A DNA stretch of 64,000 nucleotides from the NCBI GenBank assembly GCA_036785375.1, contig JAWMAR010000077.1:8246001-8310000 (forward strand). Direction: 5' to 3'. The DNA comes from Leucoraja ocellata (lineage: Eukaryota). The notes beneath the pieces are model-generated. The model was not told the DNA's origin, did no database searches, and saw only the letters and a program-made list of their open reading frames with translations. Positions 12,817-26,424 of this stretch are shown in pieces. Position 1 is the stretch's first letter, and the number at the start of each line of letters is the position of its first letter. A program made the position numbers and the translations under genes.

Positions 12817-13438
12817 AGAGCAGTAAAAGCAGATCCTAGAATATTCAAGGTGATTCCACTGACTTGATTTGTTTTCTTGCTTTTTTTCCTTATTTTTGAT
12901 TTTTCTCATGGGATATTTCTTTGAAACAGTAACACAAACTGTTTGCAGAACAATAAACACTTGGTAGAATTGTTTTTTTTATTGTCATTGTAAAACACTT
13001 AAAGAACCATTCAGCAGGTTAACCCCTATTTACTCTTCCCGGCTTGCCCATTGACCTATTTCTCTGGTCCATTTATACTTAGTTTAAACGTTGGGGAGGA
13101 AACGTATATAAATCCACAAGCTCCAACTCTTCACTAGAGACACCAAAATAAATCTAAAACTGGCAATGCACCAATGCACTGCAGTCACAATAAATGGCTG
13201 GGTGATTGGAACTGCTTCTCTGTGAATAAGTACCTGTATGAGCCTAAGGTAATGTCAGTGCTAATTTGTTCTCATTTTGAAAGACCTCAGAGTTTCCTCA
13301 ACCAAATCATGAAACCATGTTCTGTTCATCAAATGCCCCACACGTAATGGAGGTGTTGTTGCTGCTGGGTTTGCTTTTGGTGCTGAGCAAAGATCAATTG
13401 TCACACTGCATCTGTTACTTATGTCATGAGGATACTAA

Positions 13439-14006
13439 TGCCCCTGTCCCACGTAGACGATTTTTTAGTTGACTACAGGCGACTAAGCTGTCGGCTCATG
13501 ATCGCCGGGGTGTCGCCTGTATGGTCTCCTCAGTCGCCCAAAGAGTCGTACCTTTTTTCTAATCGCCGCTGGATTTTGAAATGTTCAAAACTTTTTGGCG
13601 ACAGTCTGCACCCGTGGACTTGACGCCAAAGATCATAGCCTGACGTAGGTGCTGTCGCCAGGATGACGTAGGTTGTCGCCAGTGCTGACTTCGGTTGGCA
13701 GTTTCGTTGGCAGTTCCAATGGTAGTTCCATTGGTGACTACCTACATCAACCTACGTCAACCGGCGACAGGTACCGATGACTGAATTGTCTTACCTTGTC
13801 GTAGCTTGGCGCGGGTGGACGTGGGTTGTCATAGGTGTGGTCATAGGTGGACATCCTATGGGTTGCCGTTTGCCAGTAGCTTGCCATAGCTTGTTGTTGC
13901 AGACATTGTTGTAGGGGGGGTCCAGTCGCCGGATTTTTGGCGACCTGCTATGACTATGACAGTCGCCGGCAGTCACTGAAAAAATCACCTTAGTGGGACA
14001 GGCCCA
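13439..14006. mobile_element. PIF/Harbinger-type MITE with long imperfect palindromic arms
   Basis: TGCCCCTGTCCCAC / GTGGGACAGGCCCA; TSD TAA/TAA. Confidence 0.82.
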
Positions 14007-14629
14007 TAAGATGTCCTCAATCAAATCTGAGACTAGGTAAGTGTCATAAATATTGTTACCCCAGGGAGGATTTCACCAAAAATCAAATGAAATTAAATTC
14101 CTTGAATGTCCTCAAATTTAATTTTAAAAATGTGCATTATGTTATACTCCTAAAGTGAAGTAAAAATTATGTAACCTGTTCTACTTTACAAAGCATCTGT
14201 CTATAACTTTGACTTTTGAATTTTGGGAAGCAATATGGTAACCTCCTCTTAAAATAAATAATGTAGATTTTTGAATTCTAATTTTGTTAAACACAGTCAA
14301 AGAACATACAGTATTTCAATCATATTTTAGCAAAACCTTTGGGATAAAAGACCACTGACAATGATGAGAAAAAAGAATGTTTAAAAAGTTCCCACTGACG
14401 TAATCTGCTGCAAAACAGTCAATCTTCTCCGAAGAACTGTTGAAAAAATACCTTGGCAGGACTGAAGTTAAAGTGGTGATCTGATTAAAATGAAAAACTG
14501 AATGTCAATAGAAAACTACAGTGGCATAGTGGATTGGATTTGTACTGTTATACAGCATGGATATTGTATTTCGTCCAAACCTCTCCTTACTGAATGAAGT
14601 ATCCATCAAAGCTAGAGACATGAGGAAAT

Positions 14630-15255
14630 GCAGTTGATGCCATAAAGAAAGCTATTGGCATGCTGGCCTTCAGTGCGAGAGGATTTGAGTTTAGAAGCAA
14701 GGAGGTCCTACTGCAGTTGCACAGCTGCTCTGGTGAGACCGCACCTGGAGTATTGTGCACAATTTTGGTCTCCTAATTTGAGGAAAGACATTATTGCTAT
14801 TGAGGCAGTGCAGCATAGGTTCACCAAGTTCATTCATGGGATGGCAGGATTGACATATGATGAAAGAATGGATCAACTTGGCTTGTATTCACTGGAATTT
14901 ATAGAAACATTACAAAAGATTGGACAGGCAAGATGCAGGAAAAATGTTGGGGGTGTCCAGAACCAGGGGTCACAGTTTAAGAATAAGTGGTAGGCCATTT
15001 AGCACTGAGATGAGAAAAGACGACTTCACCCAGAGAGTTGTGAATCTGTATAATTCTCTGCCATAGAAAGCAGTGTAGGCCAATTCACAGGTTTTTTTCA
15101 AGAGATAGTTAGATTTAGCTCTTAGGGCTATGGGAATCAAGGGATATGGAGAAAAAGCAGGAACGGGGTACTGATTTTAGATGATCATATTGAATGGCGG
15201 TGCTCGCTCGAAGGGCAGAATGGCCTGCTCCTGCACCTATTGTCTATGTTTCTAT
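14630..15255 (+). mobile_element. CR1 3' fragment
   Basis: [21 protein letters not shown] plus 3' UTR. Confidence 0.85.
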
Positions 15256-15449
15256 TGAAACTTGAGCAAAACACACTGCACTGGAGTAACTCAGCGGATC
15301 AGGCAGCATCTTTTGAGGAAATTAATTGGTTACGGTTCAGGTCTGGGCCCTTCTTCAATGTGAAGAAACCTCCTGATCTGAAACATTGCCTATCTATTCT
15401 TTCCGCAAATGTTGCTTGCCCGCTGAGTTACTCCAGCACTTTGTATTTT

Positions 15450-16550
15450 GTCCATCTAAGCAAGTCCCATTTGCCAGCATTTGACCCATATCTCGCCCAA
15501 CCTTTTCTATCCATATTATCTGTACAAATGTTTATTTCAATATAGTGCCTATACTGGCCTCAACCATTTATTCTGGTAGCTCGTTCCATATATGTGTCAC
15601 CCTCTGTGTGAACGAGTTGGCCCACGAGTTCCTTTTAAATCTTTTCTCTCTTACCTTTAACCACTGCCCACTAGTTCTTGGTTCTCCAACCCGAGGAAAG
15701 AGACTCAGTGCATTCACCGTTATCTATGATCCCCATCTTCATCAGATTGCCCCCAGTCTCCTGCACTCCACAATGTAACAATATAGCCCATCCAAACCCG
15801 GTCCTTGTCTCAGCAACATCCTCGGAAATCTTTGCTGCACTTTTTCTGGCTTAATGGCATCTTTTCCAGAGCAGTGTGACCAAAGCTGAACACAATACTC
15901 CAGGTGCAGCCTTGCCAATGTCTTGTGCAACCTTCACATAACATCATAACTTCTACGTGTAGGAAAGAACTGCAGATGTTGGTTCAAATCGAAGGTAGAC
16001 ACAAAATGCCGGAGCATCCAGAGATATTCAATTCCCTGATTGATGGAGGCCAGCGTGCCAAAAGCATTTCTTCACCGCCCTATCTACATTTGCCAGTATT
16101 TTCAGTGATCTGTGTCTTGGTACTCCACGATTCCTCTGTTCTACAACTCTTCCCAGGGCACGACTGATCACTGTAAATGTCCTACTCTGTTTTGACTTCC
16201 TAAAATGCAACATCTCATCCTTATCCGAATTAAATTGCATTTGCCATTTCACGGCTCACTTTGAGCAAAATCCAGCTGTGATTGTTAATAACCTTCTTCA
16301 TTGTCTACGATACCTCCTAATGTCAATGGCAAATTTATTAACCATGCTTTGTACTTTTTCATCCAAATCATTGACCAAGATGACAACTAGCAATGGGCCC
16401 AGCGGCAATCTCTGAGGCACACCATTAATCATGGGTCTCCAGTCTGAAAAATAATTTTCCACCATCACCCTGTGCTTCCTCACCTCAAGCCAAGTATGAC
16501 TAACAAGCTATTCCTGAATCCGATGCGATCTCCGCTTCTAGAGCACCCTA
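15450..16550 (-). mobile_element. Old CR1 fragment (RT to 3' end)
   Basis: GVPQRLPLGPLL..NKFAID, WQMQFNSDK, LARLHLEYCVQLWS. Confidence 0.75.
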
Positions 16551-17074
16551 GCATGATGCATATATGTTAGCCATGGCCACGTGGCTTCATTTCTAGCTTC
16601 CCACAGTGATCTTCATCATACTTGGTTAGGCCTCTGAGCAGTGAGTAATCAGTTGGTGAACATGTAACCACTTGGGCCCCAGGTGCTCCATCTTACTCCC
16701 GCATTTCCAAGATGTGCTGGTCTTTAAGTTAATCATCCACTGTAAATTACCTCTTCTGCAGATATGTCAGTGAGGAGTTGACAATTAGGTTAAAGGAAAA
16801 TAAGTGGGAGTGAGATTGATGGGGTTGTTCTGGGGGCTGGTGTGGACTTAATGGGATGAATAACCTCCAATATTATGGGAAAACATGATAAAAGAGGTTT
16901 TACATTCATGGAATGAATGTTTGCCATATCTGTGAAAATAAATGACGAGCAAATGTTGCAGGCATCATTTGTGGACAAACAAAGGTATAAAACACATTGC
17001 AGATCATTGACTTTTCAGCATAATTCTGGTGCTCTCTTGCCTAGGAGAATTGTTTATAGTTTATATATTTCGAC

Positions 17075-17330
17075 ATGATATGATACGATATGATCAAACT
17101 TTATTGATCCCAGGAGGGAAATTGATCTGCCAACAGTCATAAAAACACAAAAACACAAAATACATGAAACATGAAATTAAAGTGATGAGTGGAAAGGATT
17201 GTGGATGTGCAAAGATTGGGGAGGGGGGAGTCCATCTCAGTCTTCCGCACGGCAGCAGGGGAGGAGTTGTACAGTTTGATAGCCACAGGGAAGAAGATTG
17301 CCCTGTGGCGTTCTGTCCCGCATCTTGGAA
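17075..17330 (-). mobile_element. Rex1/Babar-type 3' end
   Basis: Near-identical to 28045-28310. Confidence 0.72.
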
Positions 17331-17419
17331 TTTCCTTTTGATATTGAAAGTCTAAGCAGTTTTTATTTTTGATAATCTATGCTATATGGGGATATTTGGC
17401 AAGCTCAATTCAAGACAAA

Positions 17420-18053
17420 ATTCTGCCTTCATAACAAGAGGATTTCAGTATAGGCGTAAAGAGTTTCTTCTGCAGTTGTATAGGGCTCTGGTAAGACCTC
17501 ATCTGGAGTATTGTGCACAGTTTTGGTCTCCTAATTTGAGGAAGGACATCCTTGTGTTTGAGGCAGGTTCACGAGATTGATCCCTGGGATGGCGGGACTG
17601 TCATATGAGGACAGATTGAAAAGACTAGGCTTGTATTCACTGGAATTTAGAAGGATGAGGGGGATTCTTATAGAAACATCTAACATTATAAAAGGACTGG
17701 GCAAGCTAGATGCAGGAAAATTTTTCCCAATGTTGGGTGAGTCCAGAACCAGGGGCCACAGTCTTAGAATAAAGGGGAGGCCATTTAAGACTGAGGTGAG
17801 AAAAAAACGTTTTCACCCAGAGAGTTGTGAATTTGTGGAATTGCCTGCCACAGAGGGCAGTGGAGGCCAAATCACTGGATGGATTTAAGAGAGAGTTAGA
17901 TAGAGCTCTAGGGGCTAGTGAAATCAAAGGATATGGGGAGAAGGCAGGCATGGGTTATTGATTCGAGATGATCAGCCATGATCAGAATGAAGGGAGGTGC
18001 TGGCTCGAAGGGCCGAATGGCCTCCTCCTGCACATATTTTCTATGTTTCTATG
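17420..18053 (+). mobile_element. CR1 3' fragment
   Basis: [21 protein letters not shown]; TTCTATGT tail. Confidence 0.88.
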
Positions 18054-18842
18054 TTAATTCATTTCCACGCTCAAGATTGCACCCATACTTTAGCCATGTA
18101 TTCAAAATGTCTAAGATTATAAATTGGCTGCGGAAATGCAAAAACATTACAGTAATGAGAGAGACAATTTACGAAGAAAACTGAAGGACTCGTGTTACCT
18201 TGTGGCTAAGAGGCGACACTCTGGGTTAGATCCCTGCTATTCTTCAGTCCCAAAATGTGTTTTCCCTGATATTCATCAGCACCATTCTTCACGAAACAAG
18301 TTATCGAAAGATTGCCACTTCATGCAATTAAAAGCAACTCAGTTGTCTGTTTGGCAGTATCTCTCAATGAAGTATTGATGATTAACGATGTGTATATTTG
18401 CTTAAATGATTTGAAATGAAATTGTCATCAAACGGTTTAATCAAATGTAATTACAAATTAGAGGTAGCATAAATTAATCAAAGTTGCTTTCATCTGTGGG
18501 AAAATAATTTTGGTTTAAATTGTAATATTTCTGAAAGTATATGGAAGTTGATAGCTTTTTCCTCCTGCAATAATCATTTCCATGAATACTTCTGCCAGAA
18601 TTAAGTACGAGTACTGCACATCATTCTTTTCAATTTAAAAAGTCTACCATATGGCATCGATGATACTTGCCATTAGCAATTCACTGACAGCACATTGATG
18701 GTGCAGTCGATACATAAAACCATTACCTAATTTTACAAGATCTAGATCAATGGGGTAGGTGGGCCAAGGAATGGCAAATAGAATGTAACTTTGCCAATCG
18801 TAAAATGTTACACTTTGGCATATCAAACCAGGGCTCTGTAGA

Positions 18843-21800
18843 GAAACATAGAAACATAGAAAATAGGTGCAGGAGTAGGCCATTCGGACCTTCGAGCCTG
18901 CACCGCCATTCAATATGATCATGGCTGATTATCCAACTCCGTATCCTGTTCCTGCCTTCTCTCCATACCCCCTGATCCCTTTAGCCACAAGGGCCACATC
19001 TAACTCCCTCTTAAATATAGCCAATGAATAGACCTCAACTACCTTCTGCGGCAGAGAATTCCAGAGATTCACCACTCTGTGTGAAAAACGTTTTCCTCAT
19101 CTCGGTCCTAAAAGATTTCCCCCTTATCCTTAAACTGTGACCCCTTGTTCTGGATTTCCCCAACATCGGGAACAATCTTCCTGCATCTAGCCTGTCCAAC
19201 CCCTTAAGAATTTTGTAAGTTTCTATAAGATCCCCCCTCAATCTTCTAGATTCTAGCGAGTACAAACCGAGTCTATCCAGTCTTTCTTCATATGAAAGTC
19301 CTGACATCACAGGAATCAGTCTGGTGAACCTTCTCTGTACTCCCTCTATGGCAAGAATGTCTTTCCTCAGATTAGGAGACCAAAACTGTACGCAATATTC
19401 CAGGTGTGGTCTCACCAAGACCCTGTACAACTGCAGTAGAACCTCCCTGCTCCTATACTCAAATCCTTTTGCTATGAATGCTAACATACCATTCGCCTTC
19501 TTCACTGCCTACTGCACCTGCATGTCTACTTTTAATGACTGGTGTACCATGACACCCAGGTCTCGTTGCATGTCCCCCTTTCCTAATCGGCCACCATTCA
19601 GATAATAATCTACTTTCCTGTTTTTGACACCAAAGTGGATAACCTCACATTTATCCACATTATACTGCATCTGCCATGCATTTGCCCACTCACCCAGCCT
19701 TTCCAAGTCACCTTGCAGCCTCCTAGCATCCTCCTCACAGCTAACGCTGCCCCCCAGCTTTGTGTCATCTGCAAACTTGGAGATGTTGCATTCAATTCCC
19801 TCGTCCAAATCATTAATATATATCGTAAATAACTGGGGTCCCAGAACTGAGCCTTGCGGTACCCCACTAGTCACTGCCTGCCATTGTGAAAAGGACCCGT
19901 TCACTCCTACACTTGGTTTCCTGTCTGCCAACGAGTTCTCTATCCACATCAATACTGAACCCCCAATACCGTGCTCTTTAAGTTTGTATACTAATCTCTT
20001 ATGTGGGACCTTGTCGAATGCCTTCTGAAAGTCCAGATATAACACATGCACTGGTTCTCCCTTATCCACTCTACTAGTTACATCCTCGAAAAATTCTATA
20101 AGATTCGTCAGACATGATTTACCTTTCATAAATCCATGCTGACTGTACAATGATTTCACCACTTTCCAAATGTGCTGCTATCCCATCTTTAATAACTGAT
20201 TCTAGCAGTTTCCACACTACCGAAGTTAGACTAACTGGTCTGTAATTCCCTGTTTTCTCTCTCTCTCCCTTTTTAAAAAGTGGGGTTGCATTAGCTACCC
20301 TCCAAACCTCAGGAACTACTCCAGAATCTAAAGAGTTTTGAAAGATTATCACTAATGCATCCACTATTTCTGGGGTACTTCCTTAAGTACTCTGGGATGC
20401 AGCCTATCAGGCCCCGGGGATTTATCAGCCTTTAATCCATTCAATTTACCTAACACCACTTCCCGGAAAACCTGGATTTCACTCAGTTCCCCCATCTCAT
20501 TTGACCCCCGGTCCCCTCCTATTTCCGGCAGATTATTTATGTCTTCCTTAGTAAAGACAGAACCAAAGTAGTTATTCAATTGGTCTGCCATGTCCTTGTT
20601 CCCCATGATCAATTCACCCGTTTCTGACTGCAAGGGACCTACATTTGTTTTAACTAATCTTTTTCTCTTCACATATCTATAAAATCTTTTGCAGTCAGTT
20701 TTTATGTTCCCTGCCAGTTTTCTTTCATAATCTATTTTCCGTTTCCTAATTAAGCCCTTTGTCCTCCTCTGCTGGTCTCTGAATTTCACCCAGTCCTCTG
20801 GTAGGCAGCTTTTTCTGGCTAATTTGTACGCTTCATCTTTTGTTTTGATATTATCCCTGATATCCCTTGTTATCCACGGATGCACTACCTTCCCTGATTG
20901 ATTTTATTGCCAAACTGGGATGAACAATTGTTGTAGTTCATCCATGCAGTCTTTAAATGCCTTCCATTGCATATCAACCGTCAACCCATTAAGAATCAAT
21001 CGCCAGTCTATCTTGGCCAATTCACGTCTCATACCCTCAAAGTTACCTCTCTTTAAGTTCAGGACCCTTGTTTCTGAGTTAACGATGTCACTCTCCATCC
21101 TAATGAAGAACTCAACCATATTATGGTCACTCTTGCCCAAGGGGCCGCGCACAACATGACTGCTAACTAACCCTTCCTCATTACTCAATACCCAGTCTAA
21201 AATAGCCAGCTCTCTCGTTGGTTCCTCTACATGTTGGTTTAGAAAACTATCCCGCATACATTCCAAGAAATCCTCTTCCTCAGCACCCTTGCCAATTTGA
21301 TTCACTCAATCTATATGTAGATTGAAGTCATCTATTATAACTGTTTTACCTTTGTTGCACACATTTCTAATTTCCTGTTTGATGCCATCCCCAACTCCAC
21401 TACTACTGTTAGGTGGCCTGCACACAACTAGCGTTTTCTGCCCCTTAGTGTTTCGCAGCTCTACCCATATCGATTCCACATCCTCCAATCTAATGTCCTT
21501 CCTTTCTATTGTGTTAATCTACTCTCTAACCAGCAACGCTACCCCACCTCCTTTCCCTTTCTGTCTATAACTCCTGAATATTGAATATCCCTGGATATTC
21601 AGCTCCCAGCCTTGATCACCCTGGAGCCATGTCTCCGTGAGCCCGACTATATCATATTGATTAATAACTTTCTGCACAATCAACTCATCCACCTTATTAC
21701 GAATTTTCCTTGCATTGAGACACAAAGCCTTCAGGCTTGTTTTTACAACACTCTTACCCCTTATACTATTATGTTAAAAAGTGGCCCTTTTGGATTTTTG

Positions 21801-22026
21801 CCCTGGATTTGCCGGCGTGCCACTTTTACTTTTCACCTTGCTACCTATTGCTTCTACCCTCATTTAACACCCCTCTGTCTCTACGCTCACACATTTAAGA
21901 AACCCTTTCCCTTTAACTCCATCCTCCACTATCCCATTCGACACCCCACCCCCCTTATTCAGTTTAAAACCACCCGTGTAGCAGTGGCAAACCTGCCTGC
22001 CAGAATGCTGGTCCCACACCTGTTAA
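18843..22026 (-). mobile_element. CR1 LINE (family A), near-complete ORF2 plus the 3' end of ORF1; frameshifted
   Basis: APE motifs ([26 protein letters not shown]) and RT motifs ([31 protein letters not shown]). (TTCTATGT)n tail. LNRCGTSILAGRF resembles the end of an SGNH-esterase ORF1. Confidence 0.92.
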
Positions 22027-22039
22027 GTTACTCTGTTGT

Positions 22040-22435
22040 CGGCAACCTGTCTCTGCTGGCCCCCCCCTTCATTCACGGTGGCCCTCTGCTGGTCCCTCCA
22101 TCTTTCTTGGAGTCCCCCCATGGGTTGCTCTCGGCAGCTCTCCTCTCTCTCCGACAGTTGCCTTGCTCTCTGATGCCCCATTCTCTGATGGCCCTTTTCT
22201 CTCTCTCTCTTTCTGCGGCCCTTGCTCCTTGCTCTCTGATGGCCCTCCTCCCCCACCAAAATCCCTCTTTACCTTGCTCTCCGATGGCCTTCCTCACAGT
22301 CCCGCAGCTCTCCTCACTCTCCAATGGCCCTCTGACAACCCTCCTCTCTCTCTTGAGTCCCTCCTCCTTCTCCAGAGTCTCTCCCCACTCTCTGATGCCC
22401 CACCTCGCTCTCCGACAGTCACCCCAGTCTCTGCA
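22040..22435. repeat. Degenerate pyrimidine-rich minisatellite
   Basis: Recurring CTCTCTGATGGCCC / CTCTCCGACAG motif every ~20-45 bp. Confidence 0.7.
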
Positions 22436-22665
22436 TTGTGGGTCCTGACGACATTGATGGCTCAGAGCCGAGTTCAGAGTCCACAGTGGGTGAGCCGGGC
22501 TCAACTGTAGGGCTTGATCCCACTCCCCAGGACACTCCCAGCGCGTGGCTCGCTGGGATCCAGGATAGAATCATTGTGTCTGCCTGCTTTTGCCTCACCA
22601 TACTAATCTTTCCATACAGTGGCTCCATTTTGTTTCTTGTCACCTTTCTCTGAGATATGTCTTCA

Positions 22666-22960
22666 TGGCACAGCTGGTAGAGCTGCTATCTGAAAGTACC
22701 GGAGACTCCGGTTGAATCATGACCACGGGTATTATCTGTGTGGAGTTTGACATTCTCCCTGTGATCGCATGGGTTTCCACCAGGTGCTCCAGTTTCCTCC
22801 TACATCCCCAAATCATGAGGGTTAATAAATTAATTGGCCTTTGTAAATTGTCCCGTGTGTAGGGAGTTGATAACCTAGAATACATGTGAACGGGTGATCG
22901 ATGGTTGGCGTGGAGTCGGTGAGCCTAGGGGTCTGTTTTCATGCTGGAACTCTAAACTAA
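22666..22960 (+). mobile_element. HE1-like SINE (older)
   Basis: Same family, diverged. Confidence 0.75.
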
Positions 22961-22964
22961 ATCT

Positions 22965-23460
22965 CTCATGTCCACCATTTTGATAACTTCCAATGTTGGC
23001 CCAACCATTTCATCTTCACCATGTTCGCCCAGTCTTTGTACACTCTCTACCCTAACCTGAAGATTATTGGGCCCTTTTCTTTTTGGAACCAAGATTCAAC
23101 CAGTCCCCCTCTACGAACACTCAACTACCTGGCGGAAACATTTCCTGCTCTGAATAACTTCTCTTTCTATTCCACCCACTTTCCACAAGTTACAGGTGTG
23201 ACTATGGTTTTTTGCATGGGTCCCAGTATGCCTGTCTTTTTGCTGGCTATATGGAACAGGTCTAGTTGCAAACCTGCTCTGATACTTCACCCAAATTTGT
23301 TCTTTGCTAACATCGACAACTGCATCGGTCCTGTTTCCTGCACTCTTGTGGTACTCATCAATCTTATTACTCTTGCTATTAACTTCTACGCTACTCTCAA
23401 ATTCACTTGGACCATTTTTGTCACCTCTCCCCAATATCTTCCTTTGGCTCCATCTCAACA
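22965..23460 (+). mobile_element. Decayed Penelope RT fragment
   Basis: LNNFSFYSTHFPQVTGVTM..CMGPS, NIDNCIG, LKFTWTI. Confidence 0.7.
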
Positions 23461-23979
23461 GACAGGCAGGAAAGAAATCGAGACCAATATGTCATGGTGT
23501 CAGGAAACAGCCTAGACCTTAATATCAGCAAGACTAAAGAGTTGACCAAAGGAAGCGAGTGGGCAAACTCCACAACATCCCATCAACAGAGCTGTTTAGC
23601 AATGGTCAACAGCTTCAAATCTTATACCTCCATTTCACCACCATCCTAACCTGATCCCTTCACACTGATGCAGTATTGAAGAAGGCATCTCAGTGATTTT
23701 CATTTATGGTATTGGAAGTGCGGGCATTTATTGATTATATCAAATGTCCCAATGCATTTACAACTCCTCAAGATATGGAGTAGTCCACAATCACATTTCT
23801 ACAAGACCTGGTCAGCATTCAGGTTTGGATTCCTATGAACCAAGTTGCTTACGTGCCACAAGATTGCCAAACAGATGAACATATTCAATAAGAGAGAGTC
23901 CCATCACTTTTCCTTGACAATCAAAGACACTGCCATGCCAAGAGCTTTAGTATCAACATACTGGCATCAAGAAACTCAA

Positions 23980-24262
23980 TTGCTGCCTTACAGCGAATGT
24001 AGCGCCGGAGACCCGTGTTCGATCCTGACTACGGGTGCTGTCTGTACAGAGTTTGTACGTTCTCCCCGTGACCTGCGTGGGTTTTCTCCGAGATCTTTGA
24101 TTTCCTCCCACACTCCAAAGACGTGCAGGTTTGTAGGTTAATTGGCTTGGTAAATGTAAAAATAGTCCCTGGTGGGTATAGGATAGTGTTAATGTGCGGG
24201 GATCGCTGGTGGGCGCTGACCTGGTGGGCCGAAAGGGCCTGTGTTGGCGCTGTATCTCTGAA
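23980..24262 (+). mobile_element. HE1-like SINE
   Basis: Same family, 5' end clipped. Confidence 0.82.
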
Positions 24263-24907
24263 CTACATCAGTACTGTGGTTATAAATGCAAATGAAAGGG
24301 TGCACTCTCGCTTAACTGCTGATACTACAAGGCTTTTACAGCACTTTCAGGACACGGGTCAGTAACATGAAGCCTGCCGAGATAAGTTCAACTCCAACTT
24401 TGCACAAGGTGCATGATGATATCCAGGATTTTAGCAGGATAGAGATTTCCACCTGATCCATCATCAATTCCCTGCATGACTGGTGCATAATAGCTATAGA
24501 GTGTACATGTACAAAATGCTTCTGTGCTACTCCAAGAACACCACAAATCTATGACCTTTCCTACTGAGAATGGCAAGACTTGAGCTTAATCGGAACACCA
24601 CAACCTGCACTTCCTTTTGAAATCACATTGCATCCCACCTTGAAACATATTGCTGTTCATTTGTCATTGTGGATAAAGCCTGTAATAGCCTATCCAATAT
24701 CATAGTGAATGTATCTTAAGAAGAGGGTGAAGTGGTTCAAGAGGTTTGCTCACCAGTACCAGGCAAAGGGCAATCAGAAAACACCAATAAATGCTGGGCT
24801 TGCCAGCCACATCCATATCCCAAAAAGTAATTAAAATGAGGTCAAATCATGTTCTTTGAAAATCTAGAATCAAAGCAAAAGGATAATGAGGATTGGATAC
24901 ACACCCA

Positions 24908-25085
24908 AAGATAGTCACAAAAAACTGGAGTAACTCAGCGGGTCAGGCAGCATCTCTGGAGAAAAGGAATAGGTGACGTTTCGGATAGGAACCCTTCTCC
25001 AGAGATGCTGCCTGACTCACTGAGTTACTCCAGCATTTTGTGTCTATCTTCGGTATAAACCGACATCTGCAGTTCCTTCCTACAC
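24908..25085. mobile_element. Fold-back (inverted) Penelope-terminus unit
   Basis: About 55-bp arms at 24908-24963 and 24995-25050. Confidence 0.8.
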
Positions 25086-25620
25086 AGATAAACAACCAAT
25101 GCCAGTATTTATAGCAATTTTCTAATTGGTATTAAGCATTATATTTTTAGACTTCTCTGTTATTTTTTTTTTTACTCTTTGAGTCATAGATTTTCAATAT
25201 ATCTTCTGCCTGCTTTCCATTGAAGGAGAACTTGGAACCACTTTCAGATGTAGAATTTGGCAATATTCATTTATTCCTGTCGCTGATTTTTATTTATCAT
25301 AATTGTTATTATCCTGCTTCATTGACTTTGTCAGCATTTTCTCTTTATTTACAATTAAATTGAATACATACAAATGCATCAAATCAGTATAGGGTCACGG
25401 TAGATTTCTCTCTCATTAGCAAAGCATGCATTAATAGTGTCTCATAAAATAGTCAGGGGAAAAATTCCATACACACTAACAACATAGACTTCCTGACAGA
25501 AAAATACAAAAAAAGAAAAAAAGAAATGTAAAATTGAACTTTATTAATGAGAAATATTGAATCAACGGATGTAAAGGTTACATATCTGTAAGAAAAAAAA
25601 GTCTGTCATATGACTAATAG

Positions 25621-25752
25621 GGTCTGAAGAATGGTCTCGACCCGAAACGTTGCCTATTTCCTTTGCTCCATAGATGCTGCCTCACCCATTGAGTTTCTCC
25701 AGCATTTTTCTCTACATATGATTTTCCAGCATCTGCAGTTCCTTCTTAAACT
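25621..25752 (+). mobile_element. Short Penelope-terminus unit
   Basis: gtctgaagaatggtctcgacccgaaacg...gcatctgcagttccttcttaaac. Confidence 0.8.
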
Positions 25753-26110
25753 ATAGGAGAATTAGGTTTGTTTAAAAGACAAATAGTTATTTCTCATAGG
25801 CTCAGTACCAAAACATAAAATCAGGACAAATGTAAGAACTAAACTTATGGGCCAAAAAAGCTAAAAGGAAAGAAAATATTCAAAGATAATGAAGGAAAAT
25901 GAAAATGGACACATTGAAAAAGCCAATGAAATGACTTGGTATTCATAGTGACAAAGAAGGGTTAGAAAGATTGGATTATTTGAAAGAACATTTCCCTGTG
26001 CCTCAAGGCAAGCTGAGGATTAGTGCACAGCAATTTTCATGATCCATTAACACAAAACTGGTAGAGAAAATCTAAAACAGTTGTCTTATGTAACTTCGGG
26101 CCAAAGCAAA

Positions 26111-26424
26111 GGCGGCACAGTGGCCTAGCAGTATTGCTGCCTTACAGCGCCAGAGACCTCGGTTCAATCCCAACAATGGATGTTTGTCTGTGTGGAGTTT
26201 CTACATTCTTCCTGTGACCCGTGTGGGTGTTTCTCCGAGATGGTCGGTTTCCTCTCATGCTCCTCTCATGCTCACTGCAGGTTTGTAGATTAATTAGCTT
26301 GGTATAAATGTAAAATTGTCCCTAGGGTGTGTAGGGTAGTGTTAATGTGCGGGGATTGTTAGTCGGTGCGGACTCAGTGGGCCGAAGGACCTGTTTCCGC
26401 GCTGTGCCTCTAAACTGAACTAAA
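26111..26424 (+). mobile_element. HE1-like SINE
   Basis: Same family, full length. Confidence 0.82.

Noticed and set aside
21612-22448. 278-aa ORF as a gene
   Set aside because: Antisense to CR1 plus low-complexity repeat; no recognisable domain.
25616-25660. Hammerhead copy whose flank AATAGGGT could pair with GCCTATT as a longer stem I
   Set aside because: The stem II closing pair is mutated and the site is GUU; probably coincidence or target-site similarity.
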